Part shown: one piece after another, positions 21,701 through 30,610 of the stretch
Layout of the letters: each line of letters opens with the position of its first letter
Numbering within the stretch: position 1 is the stretch's first letter
IMG/VR virus record: IMGVR_UViG_2529292751_000006
Location: 32,001 to 96,000 of that record
Direction: 5' to 3' (one strand)
DNA length: 64,000 bases
Source of the DNA: a virus
Lineage: Duplodnaviria > Caudoviricetes
Program-made: the position numbers and the translations under genes
The notes under the pieces: model-generated
Seen by the model: only the letters and a program-made list of their open reading frames with translations
The model's database searches: none
Told to the model about the DNA's origin: nothing

Positions 21701-22887
21701 GACTGGGATACGTTAAACATACCAAAGCTTCCATGTCCCCAATCTGTATTAAAATCATAGCATTTTATATAAGAAGCTCCTGGATGCTGCCTAACAAAAA
21801 TTTGAACATTGCTACCATTGGTTTTGATTTTAATACCATGCATATTAAACATAGTCCAACCAAATCCATTGCTTAAATCATCAACATAAACACGATGCAT
21901 AACACCATTTGTCACTTTATAAATACGCTTATGTCGTGTACCCCATCCTCTATTATTACAAAATTGTCCCCAGTTATTTGTATCACTGTTAACAGACCGG
22001 TCTACAAATTCCGTTTCATCATTATAAACGTCAATTCCATCTAAGTTATCAGCTGCTCTTGAAGATCCTGCTATTCTCTCCTCTGCTTCCCAAAGCATCA
22101 TATAGAAATTACTTGGATCTTTTGCTTGAAATATAAGCCCAACTACATCATCATCCCAAGCTGGTGCAGAATAAAATCCCCCTGTATTAGGATTGTATCT
22201 TCTAGTTCTGCCAAATTGACCTACCCCATTATTGAGAATAGCTCTAAAATCAAATTCTGTCTCATAAGCGTTCCAAGACATCATATTTCTTGCGATTACA
22301 CCAGAAAAGAATGGGCGGTTTAATCCATCCAGTACATAACTCCCATCACCAGATAAATGCCAAGATGTTTTGTTATCGTTATATCCAATATAAACGCCTT
22401 TATCAGATGTAAATAAATCTTTTACATCTCCATAGTCTTCTAACTTATACATGCCTTTCCAATCAACTGCATATTCAGCTGTTCGCTTATCTCGAATACC
22501 TGTATGACCTTTCCAGTTAAACGAATACTGCATGTTTAATCGCCAAACTTCAGCTTCAAAACAAGCCTTTGCTTCCCATAGCCTTTTTACTGGTAGTTCT
22601 TTTGTTTCTTCGATTTCATAAGCAAGAGTCTTTTCAGGATGTGCATTTACTTCAAACTGATACGGTTTTTCATTATATTTTTCTAACAGTCTTCCGTCAT
22701 AGCTAATTCCATATTCAAAAGGAATTTCTGGGTAAATCATTGTCTCGTGTTTTTTCTTTCCACGCAAACGAGCAGCATATTGAAAATCTTCTACAACATC
22801 TTCTTTCTGAGGGCTTTTTGTAAATAGATCATCATTATCTCCAATACCTGAATGTATGGCATTTCTCTTATGTTTTGCTTTTGACAC
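15709..22887 (-). CDS. Giant multidomain adhesin/fibre (2392 aa): two TSP_C-like lectin domains, a GATase-like (DUF5057-like) domain, PA14 domain, C-terminal Ig-like domains
   Basis: GTG start with SD AGGGGG. Motifs WDDDVVGLIFQAKDPSNFYMMLWE, WDDDLYGCVFRFD, IRVLELSP...FDVLTF...IIFSHD, and PA14 FTVSWNGYIYAPQTGYYRF..VNDGFRLWI...GGKWYPIRANFFDNVGQAVIRLHWSRPG. Confidence 0.8.
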   Translation of the reverse strand: MSKAKHKRNAIHSGIGDNDDLFTKSPQKEDVVEDFQYAARLRGKKKHETMIYPEIPFEYGISYDGRLLEKYNEKPYQFEVNAHPEKTLAYEIEETKELPVKRLWEAKACFEAEVWRLNMQYSFNWKGHTGIRDKRTAEYAVDWKGMYKLEDYGDVKDLFTSDKGVYIGYNDNKTSWHLSGDGSYVLDGLNRPFFSGVIARNMMSWNAYETEFDFRAILNNGVGQFGRTRRYNPNTGGFYSAPAWDDDVVGLIFQAKDPSNFYMMLWEAEERIAGSSRAADNLDGIDVYNDETEFVDRSVNSDTNNWGQFCNNRGWGTRHKRIYKVTNGVMHRVYVDDLSNGFGWTMFNMHGIKIKTNGSNVQIFVRQHPGASYIKCYDFNTDWGHGSFGMFNVSQSCEFHGVKVTEYKIIEGRIPESGWHTTDEPNKRIADVAAWYVDNDVGFRRKCDAANVRYGDVDIFYINGYTRVAENGTIDVAGRNGPITVHAKDYTTWKDHSGRFPQNYSEYFEFNGIGDQILANNAQDYVRENMNLPEFIMDDINGQVVNPKTGTLIITGRTGQIIARNNNPPDAGKKYAKCYVRCGIVEVTPDHRDFNTALVVFDDIKKVFRDDYNEFFNREDYINKKEKYELVKPVKKPKPVPPDVEPEESDGGCRIDDPVVKPPDEIIDECWDDFDFDGIRLVMWSCTFPIEKLKKTFEEKVFAYNGWVTFNPLASFKPNKWTYYKMTPIEATINPKYDKVKWANRDDFDRIPVGTKVIAKTTEWYKAIFPADIKNSGIITSDKDLISHIPPCPEHFYHPIDKEDKMPDTFEVVHFLLDAFSNSADVVMWYESNPTLTTESADKRPESLAQEGKSGMPIVLTSNENDNIVIHCKENPRWVPWSSGKYIGYGKVNGKRPFFGDGSGKADMVNVSTEVVFFPDNLDMETLKGPFIDIYDKEFPNDPRVKYKLNPKGTKLDFFSNHTDAYNWYTDWYSNWVESKETLQANMSDITVVENPLELNPYDSNVAKDYDPDNTFIERIEVTSNNEFIKVWIEEKKGKEDGLFGSYYRFPLTSQAYEQKWQVQGDYQEWTQSYEIKSYMDKIEIPVQASGAFKILHVKVGNTLITQDKNNGWTLEDDVVILHGSGIRPGTISIRYATGSIHSVFQINELGSYKEIYLNGILLDSKKYEIKDHTLTINKDILNLYDWVHFQSYHIDELHDPTKRNYLGEKKYTQLDFQEDIPVKKENPNYNDPFYEGSLCFNWGYRSPKKLHADETFSAMSMFLPEDIQFDVDVDMEVVYPVGNAIDISNFTGEWKQWDQHPDKVFDTKGNHIDGPGDWHGPPEEGYDKVINLINQGYYSGWYNPKHVELKDYAFSFKVESRTLWDDDLYGCVFRFDPQTCSGYSFEWDSGGAGVNGMAIYKLTCKNPDQVGKGHLNFSKVRLVHDPEWWDPDGSDNKPIPNRKFYTHDVKVSVIGNKFQVYVDGKLKLEAIDKEDTYKSGAWGPITYSNPDTYFWNFWLQTYKRVTPKERPGFRKHLQFTKKRKLIEGEEAFYELELDEEIMKEKFEKEYLSFCQSVKLEPRFVVSTEYFIRNDASDYEVYFKEFQKIRVLELSPSVLEINPLGHTSIQEAVKRYGNFDISKSIEIVQDVYQNWNKYKVEDFDVLTFTPADCNAGTDFSDDMIDFVRKFKASSNKVIIFSHDTISGNIKNTIKLLEEFGFKKANAEPYTRGDKITLIDPSFSYPYPLTGTIDVSVSHWNQCLNGIPIYKFAHENRPWLSYVDNVYYSEAGDSTYQCDGRFRQQLSDNEMKIWVNLMCRIAQWKPSEKPKMTAYGQSKLFATVRGQNPPIPDPNQNKYPFKNEPTIPVLQPPTESDPNDGFTVSWNGYIYAPQTGYYRFKAQVNDGFRLWIADKLLINEWHITSAEDFFPSYEASVYMEGGKWYPIRANFFDNVGQAVIRLHWSRPGKDFERIHPKYLTPYLGYKLFAQVKKARPLPWHPLIHNGYYYHQEREHYLYAEKKEYIVTPDKNNSIMIQPRPQQGCPVIVQDNQDNTLRKVTFYDDNWNLTLENKEVFHGNGYAKYYLNYKGIDKETLKVYLNGSLVEANDLIFHEEVSAIEFMKEINVTDIIEVHYILLYSYILDINADLETDSARIILHNNYEENNMKNMKVIYESAKETPFYRAKEIALNPLLTHNHTGFLYLSEAGEQDAKVIQAHLSDKTISNSGKEKVLVTVSILDKYNNPCPNKIVKIYRDDKPIDAEFITNEAGEVYIYDTPIPPKGLISIYRIECNDLRKELLLNYYAENKKERFYIDVVAPKLAILSGVDDYSTIKMTLRDSSWTPVMKDKKINIEYRDTHGNARKKEVITNDFGQAEFILSGLKEKHGEVMIKVSYDMGFEQAASYVYIKVIGG

Positions 22888-22900
22888 TCCTAAACCCCCT

Positions 22901-24349
22901 TTATATATTAGAGTCCAATTGGTAATCTTTCCATATGTCGATATTAGAATCCCAAATGTTTGGTATGTATCCTAATCCTGTCAATTGTTTATCAATTGTA
23001 TCCCAATAACCTTCATCCCATTTGAAATGATCCCACATAACTGGAGCAACTGTATTTATATATTCAACCCAATTTAATAAGGTTGGTGTCGCTTGACCAT
23101 CTGATTCAAATAATATCTTGTGAAACTCTTCATCATTTTTATCATATAGCTGGTATTTTTTTATTCCATAGATAAAGCTTATCTCATGTTCTTTGCCAGT
23201 ATTTAAAGCGTAAATTCTTATGTTTGAGTATTCATCCATTTGAAATTGATTTGGTTGAAGTGATTGATTATCTATACGTAATGTACGAGTATCTATATAT
23301 TTACCAGATTTATTTTTTAACAAGAAATCTTTAGAATCATCTTTCCATATTAATTTCTTATTGGAACGATCTTTTCTTTGTATGAGATTCAATTCTCTTG
23401 CGATTCCATTTGTTAATCCTATATCATGCGAACCTGCTGGATATCTAAATACATCTAAGATTCTTTCCTTAAAGTCTGCATTTTTTTCTAGATGCATCCT
23501 TTGAACACCTAGCAGTAAGCCGAATTCATCAAAGGTATTCCAAATATGATAATCAATAGGCTTTATAACAACTTCTGTATTATTATCACCCTGAATGATT
23601 TGTAAAAGAATATCACCATATTTTTGTACTGCATACAGATTCATCTCCCTGTAGTCGATGATACCACCTTGATTTCGGTCATTATAGAAAAACTCTTTTA
23701 ATGTTTCAAGAACAGGAATTTCGATATGATTATTCTTTGTGAATAACTTTATAGTATCACTCGGCTTAATGTTTGGAATCTTATACAACTGCACCCAATC
23801 TAGCGTGTGTATATCGGCCGTACTGATATACTTTTGCTCTTGAACCCAATCTAAATAATCTTTTATATCCTCTAATTCCATTCCGAAAAAATTCAAAAAC
23901 TGCTGTCCTGTACTTTTAGAATCTTGTCTAATTTTACTCCATAAAGGATATTCATCAGCAAGTCTTTGTGTAAATGTAGAGTGCCAATAATGATTCACAA
24001 AAACACAATATGATCCAGTTGATTGTAATGAGATATTAATTGTTTTTCCCATCTTATCAATGCTGTGTTTTATTGTGTGCCATTCTTTTTTCTTTTCATC
24101 ATACTTACAGACCTTACAGTATCTAACTTGTGCTCTTGTAAGTCGGTTTGCATATTTTATATTCATATTAATAGATTGAAGAGTAGTTTCAGAGCTTAAA
24201 TGAAACTGTAAATAAGTTGGTTGATAGTCATTATACATAGATTGATTTATAGCTAGATTGCTATAGTTATATTCTCTATTATATTTCTGTACCCAACTTA
24301 AAGGCTCTGTACTTTCAATCCAGACATCTTCATGTTGAATTGTATACAT
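22901..24349 (-). CDS. Putative baseplate wedge (gpI/gp7-like) or fibre-attachment protein
   Basis: FDEFGLLLGVQRMHLEKNADFKERILDVF resembles the LD.xG..xG..R...E.D..YR.RI helical motif of baseplate wedge proteins. SD AGGAGG. Confidence 0.55.
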   Translation of the reverse strand: MYTIQHEDVWIESTEPLSWVQKYNREYNYSNLAINQSMYNDYQPTYLQFHLSSETTLQSINMNIKYANRLTRAQVRYCKVCKYDEKKKEWHTIKHSIDKMGKTINISLQSTGSYCVFVNHYWHSTFTQRLADEYPLWSKIRQDSKSTGQQFLNFFGMELEDIKDYLDWVQEQKYISTADIHTLDWVQLYKIPNIKPSDTIKLFTKNNHIEIPVLETLKEFFYNDRNQGGIIDYREMNLYAVQKYGDILLQIIQGDNNTEVVIKPIDYHIWNTFDEFGLLLGVQRMHLEKNADFKERILDVFRYPAGSHDIGLTNGIARELNLIQRKDRSNKKLIWKDDSKDFLLKNKSGKYIDTRTLRIDNQSLQPNQFQMDEYSNIRIYALNTGKEHEISFIYGIKKYQLYDKNDEEFHKILFESDGQATPTLLNWVEYINTVAPVMWDHFKWDEGYWDTIDKQLTGLGYIPNIWDSNIDIWKDYQLDSNI

Positions 24350-24400
24350 AAAGAATATCCTCCTTTACTGAAAGGCATTACAGACCTTAAACATAAGAAC

Positions 24401-24410
24401 AGTATAACAT
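24401..24410 (-). promoter_or_regulatory. Possible extended -10 promoter (TGtTATACT)
   Basis: Minus strand ATGTTATACT directly after the terminator and about 50 nt upstream of the 482-aa gene. Confidence 0.3.
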
Positions 24411-24448
24411 AAAAAAAGGACACACCATATATAGGTATATCCTTTTTT
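24411..24448 (-). terminator. Intrinsic terminator
   Basis: Minus strand AGGATATACC-TATATAT-GGTGTGTCCT pairs fully with G-U wobbles on this strand only, followed by a U-run, just after the FN3 gene stop. Confidence 0.75.
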
Positions 24449-24451
24449 CTA

Positions 24452-25075
24452 TTAAAGAGTATTATCGTAAGACGTGATAACGTAATAGTATTTTGTACTA
24501 TTTTCAATAGTTGAATCTTCAAATGTTGCTTCAGTTGTACCAGCTGTGCCGATTTTTGTATATTCTGTTCCATCTTTTGTAGAACGATAAATATTATAAC
24601 CTGCAAGGTTTTCATTAAGTTCTGCATCAGATTCATTTTTGATTGATTGCCAATCAAGTCGAATCTTACCATCAAACCCTGTAGCTGTAAGGCCTGTTGG
24701 AACAGAAGGAATTGTTTTCACTTCTAATTCCGCTGATTTTTCACCTTCTTGTGGTAATGCTTCATCATCAAATGCAGCAACAGCATAAATATAAGTTGCA
24801 CCATCTTTCATACCAGTATCAGTGTATGTAGTTGTTGAAGCATTAACAGAGCCAACTAATGCAAACGTTCCACCTGATGTTTTCTTTCTAAAGATGCGAT
24901 AACCTTGTAAATCATCAATTACAGTATCATCAGCATTCTTTGTAACAGCAGACCAAGTTAGATTTACTTTACCTTGGTTTACAGTATAAGCTAATCCTGT
25001 TGCTTTACCTGGAGCAACACTATCACCAGCTGTAGCAAAGGCTTGAACAGAATATAAGGATTCTAAAGCACTCAT
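24452..25075 (-). CDS. Tandem fibronectin type III domain protein (decoration/fibre accessory)
   Basis: Two FN3 repeats: VNLTW...GYRIFR...YTDT...TYIYAVAAFD and IRLDW...GYNIYRS...FEDS...YYYVITSYD. Start ATG 25075 with SD GAGGTG. Confidence 0.85.
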   Translation of the reverse strand: MSALESLYSVQAFATAGDSVAPGKATGLAYTVNQGKVNLTWSAVTKNADDTVIDDLQGYRIFRKKTSGGTFALVGSVNASTTTYTDTGMKDGATYIYAVAAFDDEALPQEGEKSAELEVKTIPSVPTGLTATGFDGKIRLDWQSIKNESDAELNENLAGYNIYRSTKDGTEYTKIGTAGTTEATFEDSTIENSTKYYYVITSYDNTL

Positions 25076-25107
25076 TACTTTCACCTCTTATTTGTATTTT
25101 ATATATG

Positions 25108-25605
25108 TTAAGCTACATTTTCATAGCTAAACAGTTTTGTTAAGTATGGTGATGCCGCCAATTGTCCAGGAGTTACATCTCCATCTTCACAATTCGGAAC
25201 AAGATCAATTCCAATATCGTTATAAATGTTATCAACAATTTCTGAGCAAACAACTTTATTTGCTTCTTCAAAAACCGTAGAAGTATGAAACACCTTTTGC
25301 AATGCAAATGAAATAATATGTCTCCAATCATAACCTTTATTAAGTTTTGCTCTTCGAATTGCTTGTTTAATAATTTTTATTCTTTGCTCACCAGTAAGTC
25401 CCTTTGTATAACGATAAATATCGTATACTTCATGTTTCATAGGGCGTATAGCTAGGTCTTTATTAATATCAATTTCTAATATTAAATCCGCTGCCACTAT
25501 CAGCCCAACATGTGTATAATCTGAGCCTGTAACCCACCTTATTAATCTAGAGATAATAGGTGTATTGCCTTTCACTAAAACAATATCTCCTGTTTGTAGC
25601 TTCAC
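25108..25605 (-). CDS. Permuted papain-like NlpC/P60 amidase (YiiX/YaeF, C92-like)
   Basis: GDIVLV...ISRLIRWVTGSDYTHVGL (His first)...GYDW...VCSEIV (Cys second)...VTPGQL, the permuted catalytic order. Confidence 0.85.
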   Translation of the reverse strand: MKLQTGDIVLVKGNTPIISRLIRWVTGSDYTHVGLIVAADLILEIDINKDLAIRPMKHEVYDIYRYTKGLTGEQRIKIIKQAIRRAKLNKGYDWRHIISFALQKVFHTSTVFEEANKVVCSEIVDNIYNDIGIDLVPNCEDGDVTPGQLAASPYLTKLFSYENVA

Positions 25606-25683
25606 AGAATAACCTCCCTCCTGCGATTCTAATAAATTATATACTGATTAAACTCTACATACAAAATGCATAGGAAGCCATTG

Positions 25684-26130
25684 TCAGACAGTTCCCATGA
25701 TATTTTGCTTCCTAGCTATATGTTCTTTTCTATTTTCTAATATTTCTTTCGCTTTTGCTTCTGCATATCCCATATAGTCAAATAACCAATCAGATTTAGC
25801 AAGGGATGTATCTGTGATTTGATGCATACTTGCTATATGTTCTAAATTCTGTTCGATTTCTTTCTCATCCACTGAGAGACTCAAACCATTTACTTTTTTA
25901 TTCATTATTCGCATAAAGCCAAACAAAACAAACTCTAGTGTGGATGATCCTATGTTAGGATTTATTTTTTCTGAAGCCATATTGAATAATATCTGATTTA
26001 CTTTTATTTGTTCTTCTTCAGATAGATTATTAAAGTTTTCTGCATTAATTTCTCCTGACAGAATCCTAGATTCTAGCGTCTCTTCTTTTCTTACATCATC
26101 TGATACAAATGAAATACGTTCTCTAACCAT
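25684..26130 (-). CDS. Hypothetical helical protein (148 aa), possible fibre-assembly chaperone
   Basis: ORF with SD AGGAGA, directly downstream of the fibre gene cluster. Confidence 0.6.
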   Translation of the reverse strand: MVRERISFVSDDVRKEETLESRILSGEINAENFNNLSEEEQIKVNQILFNMASEKINPNIGSSTLEFVLFGFMRIMNKKVNGLSLSVDEKEIEQNLEHIASMHQITDTSLAKSDWLFDYMGYAEAKAKEILENRKEHIARKQNIMGTV

Positions 26131-26149
26131 ACTTAATCTCTCCTTTGTT

Positions 26150-27241
26150 TTATGCCCATGTTAATGAGTAGTTCTCTAGTTCCACATTAGCTGGCAATTC
26201 TATCTTCAATTTTAATTTCTTTCCTTTTGGGTGAGCTTTATCATCAAATATGAAAAGCTCCTCAGGTAAAATCGCTATCCAAGTTTCACCGTTATCACGA
26301 GAAATATAATAATTTATGTTCTTGGTGCTTTCAGGGATTTCTGCGCCCATCATTTCTATTTCGGCAATATTCGGTAAGGTATGCTCTCCAGAAATTTCAG
26401 TAATCAATAATCTATAATATTTAAAAGCACTTCTATTTTCAAGAATATACTCCTTCTTTTCTCTTTTATTAAATTTGGTGCCTTCAACCAAATGAAGATC
26501 GCTATATTCCTTTCCGTTAATACTCCCTTGGAATTTCCAGCTAACTGGATGAAAGCTATCAGAGTTCGCTTCACCTTTAATAGTATACTTGCCAATTACA
26601 GTTAATCCTGTGAATTTATAACCAATCCAGCTTGGATCAGGTCCGTAAACAAAATTAGCGCCCCATATTGAATCAACATTCCCATCAAAAGCCTCATATG
26701 CAGAAGTATGAGGTTTTTCTCCTTGATTTGTATTACTAGCAAACGCTTCTCCAGAAGGAGTTATATTGGAAGTCATTTTTGGGATTAAGTTCTTATCTGA
26801 AGATGCAGAGGCTTCTTTTACATTAGCGATTAAAATAAGCTTAGAAGGAATACTCTCCAACTCTTCAGTAGTTGTTTCAATAACACATTCTTCAGTTGCT
26901 ATTAATGACCCTTGCTCAGGATTATGAATATAACCTTTACTCTTTTCTGCATCAATTCCACTTACATCTAATAGATCATCAAACATCATATTTTGCATAT
27001 TGTATTTTAGAGTTTTAGCAATGCTATTTAATTTAACATGTGCCTTCATAATGTTTACCGCATCATGAACAATAAGCTTATTTGCTCTTAATGACAAACC
27101 TTCTAAGTATTTTTCTAAACTATCAATACGCTCTTTTACGTTTATAAATTTACCTTCTACACCAGAAGATAATGTTTGATTACGTAAGCTGGATTCTGCA
27201 TCTTTTGTTTTATTCGCAATACCATAACTAATAGTATCCAT
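26150..27241 (-). CDS. Fibre/adhesin subunit with discoidin (F5/8 type C-like) domain and Asp-box
   Basis: AFDGNVDSIW...WIGYKF...PVSWKFQGS...KYYRLLIT...IAEIEM; YISRDNGETW; N-terminal MDTISY family motif. Confidence 0.8.
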   Translation of the reverse strand: MDTISYGIANKTKDAESSLRNQTLSSGVEGKFINVKERIDSLEKYLEGLSLRANKLIVHDAVNIMKAHVKLNSIAKTLKYNMQNMMFDDLLDVSGIDAEKSKGYIHNPEQGSLIATEECVIETTTEELESIPSKLILIANVKEASASSDKNLIPKMTSNITPSGEAFASNTNQGEKPHTSAYEAFDGNVDSIWGANFVYGPDPSWIGYKFTGLTVIGKYTIKGEANSDSFHPVSWKFQGSINGKEYSDLHLVEGTKFNKREKKEYILENRSAFKYYRLLITEISGEHTLPNIAEIEMMGAEIPESTKNINYYISRDNGETWIAILPEELFIFDDKAHPKGKKLKLKIELPANVELENYSLTWA

Positions 27242-27256
27242 TTAGCACCATCCTTT

Positions 27257-28675
27257 CTATAGCCATGAGTATGAAATTGCATGAAGCTCTTTTCTGTTTT
27301 TTAGAACGACCTTAACAAGTAATTCTTTACCCTCTGGGAGTTTATCTAAACTAACAAGCTTATCTTTCTCAATCCTCATCCATGAATCATTATTACGAGA
27401 TACATAATATTCTAGACTATCTTCTACATTATCTTCAGTAACTGATGACAATAAAAACAGTGTAGGAATAGTCTCTATAGACTCAACGGTTGTAATCAAT
27501 ATAGCTGCCTGTGTCTTGTCCTTTGGCGTTACTTTATGATTTTGCTGATCATGAATAACATTCTTTGAATTTATCAAATCAATGCCAGTGCTATCACCAA
27601 AATCATCTATAATCATATCTTTCATGTTATAACGCTTTTTATCCAAAAGTGAATTTACTCTTAAATTATGTTTATTGAGATTTATATGGATATTCGTTTC
27701 TAAGTCTGATACACGATTAGGCAATGGACGATTCTGATAAGAGATTGCCACATTATTAAACTTATAGGCTTTATCAAGAACAGTGACTTGTATTTGTAAG
27801 TCCTTTGAAAACTTACTTACTATTTCAAAACTATCTCCTACATCAATAAAATCATCTGTTGTTTTTACAGACACTTTTACTTTGTCTCTTGGTAATTCTG
27901 CTGCTACATCATTATCAAAGTAAAACTCCAATTCATCAATATTAACAGGAAAGACTTCGCCCTCTTGGAGCCCATTTGTTTCTGAAACCCAAAGTACATA
28001 GGCCCTGTATTCTGAATTGTTTTTAAAAGAGTACTCTCTTTCTTCATACTCACCCCAGTTCACTTGATTTACTTGTTTATCAAGGTCAATCCATTCATTA
28101 GTACCTAACGGTAGCCCTCTAAATATCCAGCTCTTTGGTGATTGATTTACATACTGCGGATTATTTCGAGCTCTGATTTTATACTTATTTACAACTTTTG
28201 TTATAGTTGCCCACTCATACATAATATAATGTGGAAGAGCTGCATTCTCAGCTGATTGCCATCCTCTTCCTTCGTTTCTCATCCCATCAAATGCTTTAGC
28301 AGGATTATAGTTGTCACCAACGCTTCTAGATGAACTCGCACTAACAATTCCACCTTTTGCTAGGTTTTCGCTTTTTGACATTAATGATCCTGTAACTTTT
28401 AATGCTTCTAACTCCAATGCATCTTCTCCTAAATGAATTATATTAGAAGTCCAAACACCATTAGTGATGCTACCTTCTTGAGCTGAAACAACCTTAATTT
28501 TATCAATCAATCCTTGTCGCTTCTTTTCTAATTCATCTATACGAGCTTTAACATTAGCAAAGGTCCCTTTTACATCTTTGTCTCCATTTTTGTAGTCACC
28601 TGTACCTAGACGCTTATTCAGTGAATCTAGATTCTTCCTTCCTTGCATTGCTTTAGAATAACTTACAATATCCAT
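27257..28675 (-). CDS. Fibre/adhesin subunit with discoidin (F5/8 type C-like) domain
   Basis: NLAKGG...AFDG...W...PKSWIFRG...WIDLD...YRAYVLWV...IDELEF; N-terminal MDIVSY; C-terminal AISYSW. Confidence 0.8.
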   Translation of the reverse strand: MDIVSYSKAMQGRKNLDSLNKRLGTGDYKNGDKDVKGTFANVKARIDELEKKRQGLIDKIKVVSAQEGSITNGVWTSNIIHLGEDALELEALKVTGSLMSKSENLAKGGIVSASSSRSVGDNYNPAKAFDGMRNEGRGWQSAENAALPHYIMYEWATITKVVNKYKIRARNNPQYVNQSPKSWIFRGLPLGTNEWIDLDKQVNQVNWGEYEEREYSFKNNSEYRAYVLWVSETNGLQEGEVFPVNIDELEFYFDNDVAAELPRDKVKVSVKTTDDFIDVGDSFEIVSKFSKDLQIQVTVLDKAYKFNNVAISYQNRPLPNRVSDLETNIHINLNKHNLRVNSLLDKKRYNMKDMIIDDFGDSTGIDLINSKNVIHDQQNHKVTPKDKTQAAILITTVESIETIPTLFLLSSVTEDNVEDSLEYYVSRNNDSWMRIEKDKLVSLDKLPEGKELLVKVVLKNRKELHAISYSWL

Positions 28676-28696
28676 TGTTTCACTCCTTTCTTTTTG

Positions 28697-29755
28697 TTAA
28701 GCCCAAGCATAAGAGATTGCTGTTAAGGTTGCTGAATCTGTTGGCAAATTAATGCGGATTTTAAGTTGTTTACCAGATTGTGTTGAGATATCTATTACAT
28801 CCCCTGATTGAAAGGCATTCCAAGTACTTCCGTTATCTAAAGAATATTGGAATGTGCATTCTTGATGATCTGCTGTTATGACAAGTGTTTTGCGATATAC
28901 TGGTAACTCTTCTGTATCCGTCTCTATCATACCAGTTCCACGATATAATTTATCTTCTGAATTATAGAGATAATGCTGTGAAATGCTTGCTGCAAATTGC
29001 TTTTCAGTTTCTGTATAAGCTAGTATCTTAGAATTACTCGGGAGTGCTTTCCATTGTTCCTCTGTAATGCTATTTAATGAAAACATACCATGGTCTTTAA
29101 ACATTTCGTATGTGACTGGTGCTGTGCCTACATCTTCCCATATGCTATTAATTTTTTTGATTATATTTTCAGATTGAATGAGAAACATTTGGATATTAGG
29201 TATTTTCACGTCATTATATAATCCGACTGGATCATTTGATACATCTGCGAATTTAGAATCAATATTATTAATCTTGAACCCTGTTATTCCAAGTTCAGTA
29301 AATCTGACTTCGCTACTTCCTGACCCAATACTAATTCCCCCGTTATCTTTAAAGTAATAGCGAATACCATTACAAAATATCCAACAGTCAATAGGACCAT
29401 AAATCATTCTAACTTTGTCCTCATTGTTGTTTTCTACTCGTTTCCATTGATTTGTATCTGTATCACGGTATTCGACATAGGTAATAAAATCCTCCTTCCC
29501 AAGACCCTCATCAGGCCATCCATATGGTTTGATTTTTGTAATAAGAACAGGAAAATCAAACTCAATTCCCATCCAAGCAGAAGTGGCTTCTCTTGCAAAC
29601 CAAAAAGAACGATCAGAAGTACTTTTGTTCCCATCATTTAATGAAGACGGATTATAACTGCTGCTTGTAACCCATGGTGGTGATGATTTTGCTACGCCTA
29701 TTGTTTGCAAATTATCATCATATATTTCCTTGTCATTAAAATCAATACGTGACAT
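28697..29755 (-). CDS. Fibre/adhesin subunit: galactose-binding-like head, docking module, Asp-box tail
   Basis: LNDG...FW...WMGIEFD head; FLIQSENIIKK..W...FKDHGM module; YSLDNGSTW; C-terminal AISYAWA. Confidence 0.7.
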   Translation of the reverse strand: MSRIDFNDKEIYDDNLQTIGVAKSSPPWVTSSSYNPSSLNDGNKSTSDRSFWFAREATSAWMGIEFDFPVLITKIKPYGWPDEGLGKEDFITYVEYRDTDTNQWKRVENNNEDKVRMIYGPIDCWIFCNGIRYYFKDNGGISIGSGSSEVRFTELGITGFKINNIDSKFADVSNDPVGLYNDVKIPNIQMFLIQSENIIKKINSIWEDVGTAPVTYEMFKDHGMFSLNSITEEQWKALPSNSKILAYTETEKQFAASISQHYLYNSEDKLYRGTGMIETDTEELPVYRKTLVITADHQECTFQYSLDNGSTWNAFQSGDVIDISTQSGKQLKIRINLPTDSATLTAISYAWA

Positions 29756-30598
29756 TTATTTCACCTCTACTTTCTTTATATTTGTTATGGATGCAAGATT
29801 TAATTCAGACACCTTACCTGATCCTAATTTTACTGTATTAGAAAACGTAACTTCTCGCTTTTCTTCTCCTGCACCTGAAGAAGAAATAATTTTCATATTA
29901 TCCGTTTCAAACGTATCTATTACCATGTCATGCATTTTATATTTTTCTGATTTAAGTAATGCATTACTTTTGAAATTGAGTTTTGCCATATTAATTGCAT
30001 TAATTCGTTCTAGCTCTTTTAAACGCCCTTCAATCGTTAAGCTATTTGTTTCAATTTTAATGCTATGTAATTTGGGTGAGTTGCTTACAACTGGCACTGT
30101 CTCATATGATAATTTATCAATTAATAACGTATCTGTAACTGCATTTAAATCTAAATAATATGCTAAACGTAACTTCATTTCAGATAAAAAGGGCTTCCAT
30201 GCTACCTGTGTAATGCCATTAAATGTAGCAATATCCATACCTTTTGACTTTACATCATCTAGGTCATTTATATCAACAGAACTCCAAGATAATCCATTAA
30301 ATGCTTTCCATGTTGTGCCACTGTCATTAGACGCAATAATCTTGAGGACACTTTCATTTTGTACAGTTCCCGTTAATGTAAAGGATTTAATAGGCTTCTC
30401 AAATATCATATCTGTTTCTTGCAGAATTAATTGTTGCTTTGGTATAGCAGTTACATTTACAGACGCACTATTAATGCTTGTATCTTTCGTGAGAACTAGT
30501 ATTTTAATATTATCTGATTCTAATTGATTCCATGCTGATTCAGGTATTACACTTAAATCTGTCATACCATGTTGCTTAAATTCATCTACTGTGGGCAT
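29756..30598 (-). CDS. Fibre adaptor subunit with Asp-box
   Basis: Second ATG (30598) is correctly spaced from GGAGG (30606-30610). MPTVDEFKQHGM N-terminus; SNDSGTTW; KYKMHDMVID motif shared with the 363-aa and 472-aa proteins. Confidence 0.75.
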   Translation of the reverse strand: MPTVDEFKQHGMTDLSVIPESAWNQLESDNIKILVLTKDTSINSASVNVTAIPKQQLILQETDMIFEKPIKSFTLTGTVQNESVLKIIASNDSGTTWKAFNGLSWSSVDINDLDDVKSKGMDIATFNGITQVAWKPFLSEMKLRLAYYLDLNAVTDTLLIDKLSYETVPVVSNSPKLHSIKIETNSLTIEGRLKELERINAINMAKLNFKSNALLKSEKYKMHDMVIDTFETDNMKIISSSGAGEEKREVTFSNTVKLGSGKVSELNLASITNIKKVEVK

Positions 30599-30610
30599 AT
30601 TCATTCCTCC

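Noticed and set aside
24298-24675. 125-aa minus-strand ORF
   Set aside because: Alternative frame overlapping the FN3 gene, a terminator and the next gene start.
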